The translations under genes were made by a program, and so were the position numbers. A stretch of 64,000 nucleotides of DNA. Origin: Raillietiella orientalis. Its lineage: Eukaryota. Positions 11,661 to 24,401 of the stretch are shown here, one piece after another. The stretch covers positions 3,100,001 through 3,164,000 of the forward strand of contig JAYWIR010000011.1 of assembly GCA_036172245.1 (NCBI GenBank), in the 5' to 3' direction. The stretch's first letter is position 1, and each line of letters opens with the position of its first letter. A model generated the notes under the pieces. The model was not told where the DNA came from. It was given only the letters and a program-made list of their open reading frames with translations, and searched no databases.

Positions 11661-14600
11661 TATCCATTAAATATTTGTGACAAATAAATATATGCCAGTA
11701 GACTTGCTATGATCCGGATCAAATAATGTTTACGAGAATAATTTCCAAATCATCCTGCAATTATAATTTGACACACACTTTTGGTTTGTATTCCGACAAC
11801 AACCTTGTCTTGCTGCGCAAACATACATCAAACAACGGGCACACATTCAAAATACTCAATACCATAAAAAAAAAAAAAAAAAAAAAAAGTATTTAGCAGC
11901 AAGCAACCTGATTTTAGCATCTTAAATACACCGTCTCCAAATCATACTGGGGCTTTCAGTTTGGGAATGGCAGGCAAAATTGCAATGTCAAACGTTTATT
12001 CATTTGAACACAAGCAACAACAGCGTACTCGGTAACAACTCGAGAAACCGAACATACTTTCCTAAAAAAATTAGATCAGGGTGCAATTACCACGGGAAGT
12101 TCTCCAGGAATTCCTTGGGAAAACTTCCTGAAGAGAGCTAAGTTAATGTGATTTCGTATTTACTTTGCTAAAAGTTCGATATGAAAGCCAACCCGTATGG
12201 GCGTAAAGACTAACCTCAAAACAGGTGAAGATTACACATCGAGCGTTTCCTATAAAAACACGTTTGCATCAAACGACAGCAGTCAGAAGTTTTTTGTTTT
12301 CGTTTTTTTTTTTTTTTGTTTTTCTTGTCTGGCTTTCAGTGAAGTAAAAAAAAAAAAAAAAAAAAAACAATCAGTTATAAGTTCATAAAACGCAAAACAA
12401 ACATCAGATCCCTCTTTAGCGTCGAGGAAATGAAATGCATTAGCGTCTCTCGAGTTTTTTTTTCTTCCTATAAACGACAACGACAACGACAACGAAAAAA
12501 AAAACAAAAAACTCCAAAGGGCACCAAATAACATTGGTACACAGATGGTCAAAGGCGCCCGGAACGCCGTGAAATGTAGGAAAGGCAAGCCGTAGCGAAC
12601 AAACACACACATACAGAACTTTGGAAACGGCCCACCTACAGTTGCATGACAAATCGTGGACACACGCTAATCGAATTGGAAATTTGTATCTACTGGCTGT
12701 TTTGCCCTAAACATGCGTTGAAATCGTACTGCGAGAGACAGTTTGAAGCTGATTCCATTTCCCTTTCTCGTTCCTTTTTTGTTTCCGTCTTCCCATGGGT
12801 GTTGGAAGTTCGGTTTCTGCTCCGTGCAAACGCCCCGTTCTTCCATCGGATTGCACTTTTTGCAATGTTCGGTTTTTTTTAAGATGGGAAGCGACCGGGA
12901 TAAGCATCCTGGAACATCCTGGCTCCTCGGGACACTGATGAAAAAAAGAAGAAGAAGAAGAAAAAAAAAAGACAGGTTTTCGTCCAAGTGCCCTCAAGGA
13001 GACAGCCTTCTTAATTCAACATTGGAAACCGCCGGTCGGGTTACATCATAACCGAGCTATGTAATTCATCAACAAGTACCATCCATTCAACTACTGACAG
13101 ATCGACAAACAGCATTTAATCACAGAATCCACTTTCGTTCAAGCTCTTGCTGCATGTTTATCTCACGATGACTGAGGATTTTTTCGTACTTAATAAAACT
13201 GAAACCTATGTCTCGTAAATACTTCCTGCAGGGTATTTATTTTCGAATGTACTCCTTATTTTGGCCACTGTTTCTATATGAACCATGCGTTCTACAACTT
13301 TCATGATTTCCATCTTAAATTAGAGTTACCTTGCTCGAGGCTTTTTAAATACGATCGTTCATAATGAGCTTATTTTCTTCAGTTGAAAGAAGATTGGATT
13401 CAAAGGCAGCTGCCAATATTGCAAAACGACAGAAAATAATTGAAACGGCACCTAAAACTCTTCTGTTTTTTTTTTTTTTTTTTGCATATAGTAACTTTAA
13501 GCAATCGCATGCATTTATTTTGAATTTTTACTTTCAACTGCAAATTGCTTTCATGGAAAATGCTGCATTAGCGTTTTTCTCTTCTCTTTCTTGGTTGGTT
13601 ACTGCCACTCTCTATTATTTCAAGCAACGCACTTTTACAGTCCTGGGCTCATATTTGTTACCCTTGCTTATCTGTTTTCCAACACACTTTTAGATCTGTC
13701 TCCTATTGTTGATTAATAGACAACTACTAGAATACCATGCACCGTGTTTGTACTTTACTATAGAGTAGACTGTGCGTTTGATCTTTTAACTGTTGATCTT
13801 CAAGCATTTTCTCGATGGAAGTTGATAGATTCGATAGTTTTCGGTTAAAGTTCACTGCGATGCTTGCTTTGTGTTTCATAAGGTCATTTCACTTTGTTAG
13901 CATACTTTTTCTTTTAAATAGTCAATCAGCAATGCGAGAGATGCTCCAGAGGAAAGAATTATCTTCCTTAATTTTCTACAGCCGAAGAAAACCGACCATT
14001 CTATTTAAAATCTTCAACTTTCCCTACTTTCAATGTCATTATGCGATCTCAAAATTTTCTTCTCGCTGACATACTGTTCCCTCCACATTTGAGGGATGGA
14101 GAACAGAGAATATACACTCTGAAGTGGAAGAATCCTCAAACGACCACTGCGGCTTTTATAAAGTCTTTGCACCATCGTGAAAACATTCTCGTTGGTACAG
14201 GTTTTCCTTACTCCAACATGCGTCATCTACTGACGTAAGATGCGTTTCACTGTCTAGAAAAAGAAGGAATGAGAACTGATTTTGATAAGTAATAACGCAT
14301 CCTAGAAACATACTTTTCACGCGTCTTTTGTCTGATCAAGTATTCTGCTTAAAGCCCTCTAGGGATCTTTGCCTTTTCAGTTCGAAACGCAGATAAAGTT
14401 CACAGTTGTCGAGTTCTCACTCATCTTCAATCACTGTCTGTTATGCTCTTCCCTCCGTGTCATGCTACCTGTGCTTCCCTATGACAACAAAGGGAATTGA
14501 AATCCAGGCTTGCCTTGAGCAAAGTTGTCCGGAGCTCTGGAGTCCTCTCCGCCACTGTCACACGCCCCGGCACTCGCACTAGGAATTGCGTTTGTCGGAG

Positions 14601-16124
14601 AGGTCTCATTGGTTGCTGGATCCAATGAGGGCTGCTCGAGGGTTCTAAAGGGGATGCTGATGGAAACCTATGGGAGTCGGATCTGCGGGTAGCGGGGCTT
14701 GCTTCTAGAAGATTCAGGGTGTCTACTGCATATCAGTCATTAACGTAGTGCGCCGGCCTACGTGCCGAATATCGGAAGTTGTCTCAGGAGCGGCGGTGAA
14801 GCCAGAGACGACAACGGAGGCACTCCAACGCAACCGGATATGCTATGCGAGCCTAGCAGATCGTGACGTGCCTTACAAGAAGTACGGCAAGCTAGTGGGC
14901 GTCCGAGCGGCCTCCAAAGATTGCCAATACAACAACGCTGCCGACGAAAAAAAAAAAACAATTATCCGACGCACTGCATATCGAGGGAAGCGAAACTTCA
15001 GCTTGCAATCTGATGTAGGCAGCCTACGGAAAGAACTGTACGGAATCCGGGCTCAGGAAGCAATACCATTTGCCTCGTAAGAGATGACCAATAATGAAGT
15101 CAATTTTCCAACCTCCGACTTGCGTTGCTGGACGCTCTTCCCACACCAAAGTGTGCTGGCAATACCTCGTTGTGCCTAGGATCCCTACGTGGAAGAACAG
15201 TTCCTTCTTGTGACCAGGGAACGGGAAGTCTCGTTTTTCTTCGCATGGTTTCGCCGTTTCTCGCGTTTCCTTCCCGTGCTTCGCTTTGCGGGTTTGTTCC
15301 TCGAAACATCAGATGCAGCGGCGTCATCGGGGTTCGTCCCTCGCTCCAATTTTAGTATATGTACAGCCGAAGCGTGTCCCTTGCCATCGCCCCACCAACC
15401 CGTTTTCTATGATACAGTCGGGAATCCCCGAAACCCGAGGGTCGGAGCGGGAAGCAGGAAGCTGGAAGGACCGAACGATCCCAGATACCCGAGGTGTTCG
15501 GTGTCTGTGGAAACGAGGTGTGCAAGCAGCGTAAGCAATGGACCTGTCACGTTCTGTGAGTGCCTGGGACGCGGCCTCGTTCTCATGTGCGGCATCTTCA
15601 CCACGCATGCTCGGACGCTTCAATCCTGAAGCTCCCGAGAGCATAGGACCAAACATTCCTCCTTTCCTTCAGATGGACTTCCTTCCTGCTCATTCCGTTC
15701 CTTTCTTCCGACCTTCTGACTTGGCTTTTCTCTGAGGTCACATCGCGAGGATCCGCTCGCCCTGCTCCAAACCGAACGCGCATGCGCGTCGTCCTTTCCC
15801 GCCGTGGCCTCCCCTCCCCCCCTTCCGAGTCTGGACGGAACCAGTTCGCGATGGATTCAATTTCCCGTATATTGGGGGACACTGAGATGAAGGTTCCTCC
15901 ACTTCCCGAAGGATCTTCCTTTGGGACTGTCCTCCCACCCCAGGACCGCCGTCCAGTTGCCCGCAATGCCACCACGATCGTGTTCTGTGAGCTCAGATCC
16001 CGTCGCAGCTCCTCGCAGTGTCCGGGGGGGATGCCACCTTCGCCTGCGTTGGTTCGGCGCGGTGGCGCGCCCGTCGATGGCAGATCGATCCCGGGCTGCG
16101 GCCGCCTGGAGCTAGGATCTCGAC

Positions 16125-16330
16125 TCCTACATCCCACCCGAGGATGCGGTGTAAACTCTTCAATTTACGAAGGGTGACCCCTTAGGAACCGCCCTATGAA
16201 TCCAGGAAGGCTCCGGGAGGTGAGGATCCGTTCCTCTCGCGCATGGAAGGGAACCCTGGAGGGAACCCCTCCCTGGTTGCCACCAAAGGAATCCCGAAAG
16301 GGATCTGCATTCCGAGATCACCACGGGAAG
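16125..16330 (-). mobile_element. SINE-like family A, 3' fragment
   Basis: actcttcaatttacgaagggtgacccc...ctatgaatccaggaaggctccgggagg matches the 3' block of the other family A copies. Confidence 0.55.
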
Positions 16331-17317
16331 AAAGAGCATTCCGTGTTGGCAGCGTTCGCCGGGCAAGAAGGAAGGGGGCGTGGCATCTGTCGAGGACAGA
16401 TTTAATCAAAAAGTTACTTAATGAAGGACGGAGCGGAAGAGCTCGAGCCTGTCATCAAAGGAGCTCCGCTGAAATTAGTTCCGCTCTCGCGAGGCTCGTG
16501 CCATCCTCCGGCTTGGTTGCCACGTTACCGGATCTTCACTCAGTCTCCGCGCGCATCTGCAACTCAATCACGGAAACTTCCCGGGAGAAAAACTTCCTTC
16601 GTTCGGCAGGGCAGTCCGCTCCTGGCGAAACACGAAGGTCGGGTCCACGCCGGGCGACCGGCTCATCTGCGGCCACGTCAGAGGGGAGAAGAGCGGAGGG
16701 AAGTTTCTGGACGCAGAGGGAGGAGCGAGTGGAGACCAGGAAGGAGGGTCGATGCTGGGATTCGAGACTCGGGAGGACTCGAAATTCTCTGGTCCACCAA
16801 GCGCACTCGTTCCGTGTGTTGGGTGTGGGTGAGTGTCAGCGTAATCGACACGACCACCGCAGATACTCAACTCTCCCTATCACCATCCAAAGTGTGTAGC
16901 TGCGATCAGAGTGAGCATCCTTGCGTGAAAGCTAGCTGGAAGGGAGGAAGGGAGTGGAGACGAGGCTTGCACTCCCTACGTGTCTGTTCCCCCTCCATCC
17001 ACTCGAATTCACCTCCTCCTGCTAGTCGAGTCAGCGCAAGGTCGTCTAGGAGGCGGCAAGCAGCAGAGTCCAGAGAAACAGCTCCAGGATTTCACCCTCC
17101 CCCCCTCCATGCCATCTTCCTTCCGAGGTGCGCTCAAGGGAGGATGCGCTGCACATCACGTCTCATTAGTAAGGAGAGGTTGCAGCAACCGCATCGCTAT
17201 CCGCTCTGAAGTTCTTCCCTTCAGATCCTCCAGGGAACTGCGGTTGGTCCGAACCTGACTGATCGCGTGGCAACAAAGTCCTGCCATGCGATCGCAAATG
17301 AAACGAGTTGAGGAACG

Positions 17318-18067
17318 CGACCTGCCGGCGTTGGAGGCCACGTGGCTGCGGCTTCCGCACGCGTGGTGCCGGACGTTGCGTCAGAGAAATGGGTGCGTCG
17401 CGAGTTCGGGTTTCCCCCCTCAAGATGGCGCTGGTCGTCCAGCATTCATCGGCCCATGGCGCGGCACTGGTGGAAGTCGGAAGAAACTCCCGGACGCCCC
17501 CGCTGACCGACAGGGATCGGAAGCTGACCAACCCTTCGGGGTCCTTCCGGGAATCAGGGAGCCAGTTCCATTCGAGGTTCCCCTCCGGTTGCGCGAATGG
17601 AGTCGTCCCTCTCCCAGGAGGAGGGATCCCTTCCGGGGCTGGTAAATGGGTGCCTTTTTTAGAGTGACAAGAAGAGCAGTGCTCCTTTTGGGAAGAGCCC
17701 TTTAGAGAAAAAGGGAGACGTCCCTTCGGGGTTCTCTTCAGAGGAGAAGGGAATGAGGAGCGGATCCTTTCAGGATTCCCTTTGGAGGAAATAATGAAAA
17801 TAATGGGGCGTTCCACTCCAGGAGGTCCCTCCGGAGAGAAAAAGGGAGAGGTGGTTCCCTCCGGGGTTTTCCCGGAGGAACGAACGGACCCCTTCCTCCG
17901 AAGCCCTTCCTGGATTCATGTGGTGGTCCCCTTCCAGAGCACCCTCCCATAACTCGAAGAGTCAACACACCTTCGGGAGGCATGGGCAGCGCTAAAGAAC
18001 TTCGCGAGACTCCAGGCGAGCGGTTCTTTTCGTTCTTAGCAGACCAAAAAGAAAAGAAAAAAAAGAA
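17318..18067 (+). mobile_element. SINE-like family A, near full-length copy
   Basis: Collinear with the copies at 28089-28826 (reverse) and 45241-46060. Degenerate tRNA-like head (gcgtcgcgagttcgggtttccccc), internal GA-rich subrepeats, the cttcctggattcat...aactcgaagag block and an A-rich tail at 18046-18067. Confidence 0.7.
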
Positions 18068-20327
18068 CCAAGGGAGAAGGCCTTAAGAGCTCTCTTATCT
18101 TCCTGTCCGCTGCTGACGAAAACGGGGCTTTGCTTTTGGGGGAGGGGGGAGAAGCAAGCCTTTCCTGAGAGGTTTCCAAGGGTCGCGCGGAGAACGCCGA
18201 GGATCCAGGACTGCAAACTGTTCCCAAGCGACTTGGCAGAGCGGTCTGCCTCCGACGGCTGGAAGCCTCTGTGCGTTTCGGTGAATCCACCTCGTAGCTG
18301 CATCGGCAGCATGCAGATCCATTCATATTTGATCATTCACAGCCTCTCCTGCAGCGTGCGGCTTGCAGTGGAGAGCGCAGAGCGATGCTTTCTTCCACCT
18401 ACTTCTGCTTTTCAACGCGGCCCGTGTGAACTGGCAACTCCGTCGCCGCACATCCGTATGGCTCGTGCCCAATTGTTAATTCACTGAGGTTCAAGATGAG
18501 AGGACGATGACAAGAATCGTCGTGGCAACTGTGTCTGAGCACGAGCTGCCGTGATCTTCTGAGTGGCCTGAATGCTGCGGCGGCTCCGGGTTTCCCGACG
18601 AGACTAGCCGGAAAGCCCTGCGGAGTTCGGACTGAAGTCAAGGCGCAGGTGAGGTCTAGGTGACCCCGAGCACCGCGAGTGACGCTCTCTTTCGGGAGGC
18701 TGGGAAACTGGGAACTCTTTTCCGCAGGTCATCTTTCGGGAAGAGGAGCGGAGAAGGCGGACGGCGCAAGCACCGCAACGAGGAGGCAGAAATTCGGAGG
18801 AATTGTCCTTCCATGAGAGGCCGAGTGGTCCTCATGAAGGGGTGCCCCCCCTTTCCCTCCCCGGAGGCGTGCAATGTCCATCCGTCGGTGCCAGCGGCGA
18901 CGGACTGCGCGCAGCTCGCCATCCACACGCAGAGGGCTTTACACGAAGGCAGTGGCTTCGTGGTGGTGGATCCGCCGAAGGACGCGGGGGAAATGGGGGT
19001 GGGGAACTCTGAGACGGAAGAACAGCATCGTGAACTCCGGGATCCCTGCTGAGTTCCCTAGGCAACCCCTTCCGCCTCCCTCTCCCTCACCTATTCCAGA
19101 GCGCTCCACCAGCTCGCCGTGGTCCCTCAGGGAGGCGTGCCCGGTGGAACCTCGCCAGCGGCAGCGACCGGAAGGGAACAAAGGCGGAAGGATGCCGACG
19201 GAGAAGGAGTTAATCGAGCGACACGGATCTTCCCTGCTCCCCCTGGGCGTCTCCCAGAAGGAGAGCCGGAGACGGCGGAGCGGATACGGAAGCTCCCGGA
19301 AACGGCGGCGGTCGCAGCCCCTTCCTCCGATCCCGGCGCGTCGCCCGGCGGGCGCCCAAGGAGCACGCTGAAGCCGCGCGCACTCACGCTAGCGCTTGCC
19401 GCCAAGCTCCCCAACGTTTCCCAGGAGATTTCCGTCTCCCCTGCAGGCCGGGCCGTCCGCTTCAGCTACCAGACGGAGGAGAGAGGCTGCTCAGGGGACG
19501 TGGGATGTGCCTGCCCGAACGAGGAGCGTCCGTCTAGGGGAGTCTCTGGAAACCACCGATCCCGCCCGGATCCGGGTAGTCAGAGCGTCCCCTCCCTTTC
19601 CTGCAAGTCCCTCCTCCGATCCCGACGGGAGCAGCGCTCCCTCCACGCCTTCGGCTCGGCCGAGCTCTCGCGGCAGGTCCGACCGGGCTTCTCCCCGTGG
19701 GAACCTCTCCCTTCCCTGCCCCACATCGCCTGGGCGCGGTGTTGCCATTGGGAAGCGCGCGGTCGCCGTTCCTCCCTGCCGATCGAGTGCAGCCCCGGGA
19801 AGGCGCTCGCCTGGCTTTCGGAGTTTTCCAGGGTGGGGATGTTCTGCAATGGTCGAGGAGACTCCGATCCCGTGGTCGCTGGAGGTTTGGGGAAAGCGCT
19901 GCAAGAGACTCCTACTCGCGTCTCCAAGCGACGCGAGGGCCACTGAAGAGCGGGAAGCGTCGGTAGGTCAGGGAGGCGGACCTTTCCCTCTCTTTCGCGT
20001 TTCCGGGACTCCCTCGGCAGCGGGAGTTTCTCCCCCTTCCTCCCCAGAGTCCTCTTCCCCTTGGGCTCTCTCCGTACAGGACTCGCCGTTGGCCCCCCGC
20101 TCGTCCCTCCTAGCCAGCTCGGCACGCGCCCACCCTCTCCGCGTCCCTCCCGGGACGGAAAGCGGCGTCCTGGAGGAGGAGGCTGCTGACGCCGAGGGCG
20201 GTCCCGCCTGACGGAGGCGAACGCCTTGCCCCGTCGCAAAAGGGGGGGGGGGAGACGCAGGGACGCCCCGACGGTTGCCGGTCACATCCAGGCTCGGCGG
20301 AGTAAGCGCGCAGGAGATGGGGTCAGA

Positions 20328-20404
20328 CTCCCACGGAGAAAAGTTCCAAGAGCGCGCGTAGAGGTTAGGAGGGAGCGCGCTCTTGGAACTTTTCTCCGTG
20401 GGAG
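20328..20404. repeat. Perfect inverted repeat: 30-bp arms, 17-nt loop
   Basis: Left arm 20328-20357 (ctcccacggagaaaagttccaagagcgcgc); the right arm 20375-20404 is its exact reverse complement. Confidence 0.95.
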
Positions 20405-23400
20405 ACTGGGTGGCGGCTCGTTGGGAAGAGCTCGCCAGCCACCACTTCCGGAGGGCTCCCGCACTCCAGAAGTGTCGCTCCCTTTCCAGCACTCATCGTC
20501 AACCATTGCAACCTCGGGACGCGTTCCATCCCAGCACGAGAGCTCTAAGAATGGCTTCAGTTTGGTCTCCCCCCTTCCTCCCCCTTTCTCAGGACCGTCT
20601 TTCCCTTCCATGGAAGCGCCAATTTTTCGCGCCAGTCCACCCTGCGTGCTGCTCCCGAGGCCACCAGCGGCTCTCATCAACATGCAAGCCACGTTCCATG
20701 AAGCCCTCTCTGCAGGCTGCCCTCCGAGACCGGGAGAGAGAGAGAGGGGGGAGGGGGAACTCCGCCGACCCGAACCGCGCGACGCCGGTCGTCCAGCGAC
20801 GGTTTCCCTCGAGCTGGGAACGTGGCCTCTGGGAGCGCGTCAGGGAGAGCGTCTCATCGGTACCTTTTGCCAGCAGGCCGCAGTCCCACTCTGACTCCGA
20901 GAGTGGGCCCTGAGAATCTGCGACTTCTCCCCCTCTCCTGGTCAACGCAATGGCCCTTCAAGAAAGGGAGGACCCAGCATCGCGCAACGGGGGATGCAAG
21001 TTTGACCGAGCATCTCCAGCCTAAGGGCGCGGTACGACGCAGGGAAGCACTCCCCCCACTCGCTTGAAAGGCATCCGCACCGGGGGACGTCGCGTTCCCC
21101 GCGTCCCGCCCCGGCGGGGCAGCAGAGTCGGCAACCTCCGTTCGCGGTCGCGAGATGGCAGTGCCCGCCAGCCGGAGACGGCGCTGACCGCGCGTGCGGG
21201 AGAGGTGCGCGCGGTGGCGGCGGCGGCACGACGGCAGGAGTCCCTGGACCGCTGCGCACTCTCGGGCACGGCGGGCCGGCTGTCCCGCCCGAGAGGGCTG
21301 CGCGGGAAAGGCGGGCGCCTGCGGAGGCTCCGCGAGGTCACGACTGAGGAACCGGCCTCCGAACGGGAGCTCGGATCTCGGAACGGGACCGGAATGGTGG
21401 TTGGGAAAAGGGGAAGGGCAGAGTTTCCTCCTCCTCCTCTCGCGCTGCTGAGCTCTCCAAAGGTCATCTGAGACACCGTGCAGCAACCGGACCCCTCGGT
21501 CCTCCTTTACGCAAGGGCGCCGGGCGCCTCTTTCCCCGGAGGCGAGGGCGTCTCTCCCACCGCCCTCGGCACGACTGGTCTGCGTGCCTCCGCGCCCCTC
21601 GAGCTGAGGTCGCAAAGCACCGGGCGGTGATATCGCTAGCTGAGCGAGTGGTCATCGACTAGCTCAGCGAGCCGGTCGTTGCTGCCTTGCCCGAGAGGGC
21701 CGTGCAGGGCAGCAGATTCCGGAATGCGGTGGTCCTTGGTCGTAGTTCTTAACGTGGCGCTCCGTGGTGGTGGCAAAAGCAGTGGCGGTGGCGGTGGGAG
21801 TTGTCGCCTGCGTCTCCTACGCTGGAACGTGCGGGGGAGGGATCGGCCCACCGTTTCGTCGCCGGCAAAGATGTCCCGGCGTCCACTCGGAGCGATCGTC
21901 GTCCGGGGAAACGCCGAAGGGCGGGAAAGTCCGCAAGAGTGGTAGGAGGAGCGCGCCGGGAGAAAAACGGCGCGCTCCAGCGTCTGCGACTCCGGGAAGA
22001 GAAAAGTCTTCCGGAGACACGGGGTGGGCCGCCGTCTGAAGGAACTCCAGTGGAACCACGGCCTCTCGCAGGCGGACAGCGAAGATGGCGGCATCCTCCC
22101 ACGCGTGGCTCCCTGGCTCCCCGTTTGCAGTCGACCGCATGGGGAAGGAGGAGAGTTGTCCGCCGAGTCGCGACGCCTCCACTGCTGCTGGCCTTGCCAG
22201 AGCGGCGTGGGCGCGCGAGCGCTCAGTACGTCCTGCTGATCCTCCGACCTCTCTGCCGATTCTCCTTCTCTGCCGGCTGCGAAGATGACGGAACCCCGCA
22301 AGCAGGAATGAAAACTCAAGGCAACACAACATCCGTTTCCGCAAAACACCCACATCAGGGAGAGTTCCAAGTGCATTCCGTCTTGCGTTAGGCGGAATCA
22401 TGCTTTGGGGCGCCCAGAGGAGGTCACTTTCAGCCCCCAGATGGCACAGGTCGAGCAGCTCGAATCCACCCTGAGGCTGGCTGTGTTTCGAAGCAGAGCC
22501 GGAGACTCGAATCGCGTCCGTTCTCATCTTCGTCTAACTGACGCTGTATGTTTAGATTGCATCGTTGGCCGCCATGCTGATGTCGCTCACTGACGTCACG
22601 TCCCGAAGCCGGACTTGGGAACTGAAGCGACCTGCTGCCTCTGTGGGCAATGTCCACCAGGGATGGCATGGATCGCATGGGTGGAATGGCCCACGCGGCC
22701 GCGTGGACCTGCCGATCCCGACTGCGCAGTAGACCCCAGACCCGACAAGAGCTCGTCTTTTCGACGAAGACGCGAGGTCCCTCGATCGAGGCGGCGGAGG
22801 AGACGAGTTTGAGACGACGATCTGATCCTCGCCCTGCAGCAACGCATCCTCAAGAGACCTGCTGGTGGTGTGTGGAACCGCCGTCCGAGGAACCTTGGAA
22901 TTCCTGGGAACCTGCAGTAGCCGGCGGGAGAAACCTCACGTCGCCTCCGTGAACCTAAGTCGTTTTACGTTCCCGCAGGACGTCAGGGGATTTTTGAGAT
23001 GCCCTGACCGTCTAATTAGCGTTCCCGCTGGAGAGGGCGCCGTGGATCGGGTCGCCTGCGGCCACGCTACCCGCCTTCACGTTTCCGTGATGGCAGGTTG
23101 TGTATGCCCGCCTACGTGCTCGTCGGTCAACAACAGGCTGACGATCGACGGAGGGATGCCGTTGACGGTCGCAGCTGTGGACACCAAATCAGGGCATCGG
23201 GACCCGAGCAAAAGCACTCTCGTCCCGCGGACCTCCTGGTCGCCATCCAGGGTCAGGATGCTTGGCCCCAAGTACCCCAAGCGGATGCTGCCAGTGTGTC
23301 AGCCTCCTTCTCCGGACCGCGGGCTGCTTCTCCTCTGCCGTGCACACCATTCCCCCTCCCTTCTTCTTCCGGAATCTCCTGGAGGCAGTTGAAGGAGGCG

Positions 23401-24401
23401 CTCCCGGGACCTTGCGGGTCGCCGCGAGGCAAGGAAGCCGGGGGTCGGGGTGAGGAACGCGCGCGCCGACGGCAGCTAATGGGAAGGTTCCGGAAGAAGG
23501 CTTGAGAAGCATTTCCCTGGGCAGCAAGCAGTCTGGAGAAATGGGGGGAGGGGAAGGTCTCAGCGCGAGGAAGGGAAATTTCTCGAAGCTTCGGTAACCA
23601 GTCGTCAGCTCCGACGCTCCCGTGGCAACGGGGTATTCCGTCCTGCAGAAAGGTCGTTTCCACTTGGCCGCCTATCGAGATCTTCCCCGGGGCGCCTGGA
23701 AGTCGCTCCCCTCCCAAGGGATGAAACCGTGGAGGCTGCGCTGCAGCTGGCATCGTTGGCGCGGTTTCCTCTCGTTGCCTAGGCAGATAAGGAACTCAAT
23801 CACGCTAAGGGGATCACAGTGAAATTTTCCCGACATTTTTCATCTGGGCTCTACGGGAAGACAAGCACGGATCCTTCATTCGCAGCAGCATCCGGGAACT
23901 CCCGTTTGACAGGGAACGGGAAGGGGGAGGGGGAAACAAAGGAAACGCTGCTGCAGCTTCGTTTTAAAGTCTCCTCTTTTTTTTGTGCGTGTATTTTCCA
24001 ATCAAAGAAATGTGCGCTTTTTTCCTCTCCATTCCGCTTTTCCTTCCCCCTTCCTGGATGGCATTTCCCTCGATGCTTTTTTTCTTCTTCCCTCCTCCTC
24101 CTCTCCCCTCTCCTCCCTCCCTCCCGTTTCTCCCTTCTTTTATCGTGCGATTTTCATGCAGGAGATTGGTTCGATGTACACATGCGCGCGAACGCAGGCA
24201 TGCACGCACACACAGAAAGAAAGAAAAAATAAATTAAACAACGCGCTCCAGCGGAGAGATACAGATTGCTACGGCAACGGGATGGATGGAGAGGCACCCG
24301 CGCTCTCCTTTTAGCGAGGGCGATTTCCGCTGCCGAAGGGGAACGGCCGCCGCTCATCCTCCTGTCGGCGGGCGCAGGAAGGATGCGCCTGGCCCTCCCT
24401 C

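Noticed and set aside
12667..12987. 106-aa ORF with a signal-peptide-like start
   Set aside because: The hydrophobic stretch is simply the translation of poly-T/(ctt)n tracts. It has a non-ATG start and no recognisable homology.
14556..14800. LTR start (TGTCACAC...) at the AT/GC border
   Set aside because: No second LTR copy, primer-binding site or internal gag/pol was found.
22950..23290. BEL/Pao integrase relic on the minus strand (LTLDGDQEVRGTRVL...SLLLTDEHVGGH)
   Set aside because: The resemblance to the LDxxGxLRVGGRL...HxxxxH region is too weak to call without a profile search.
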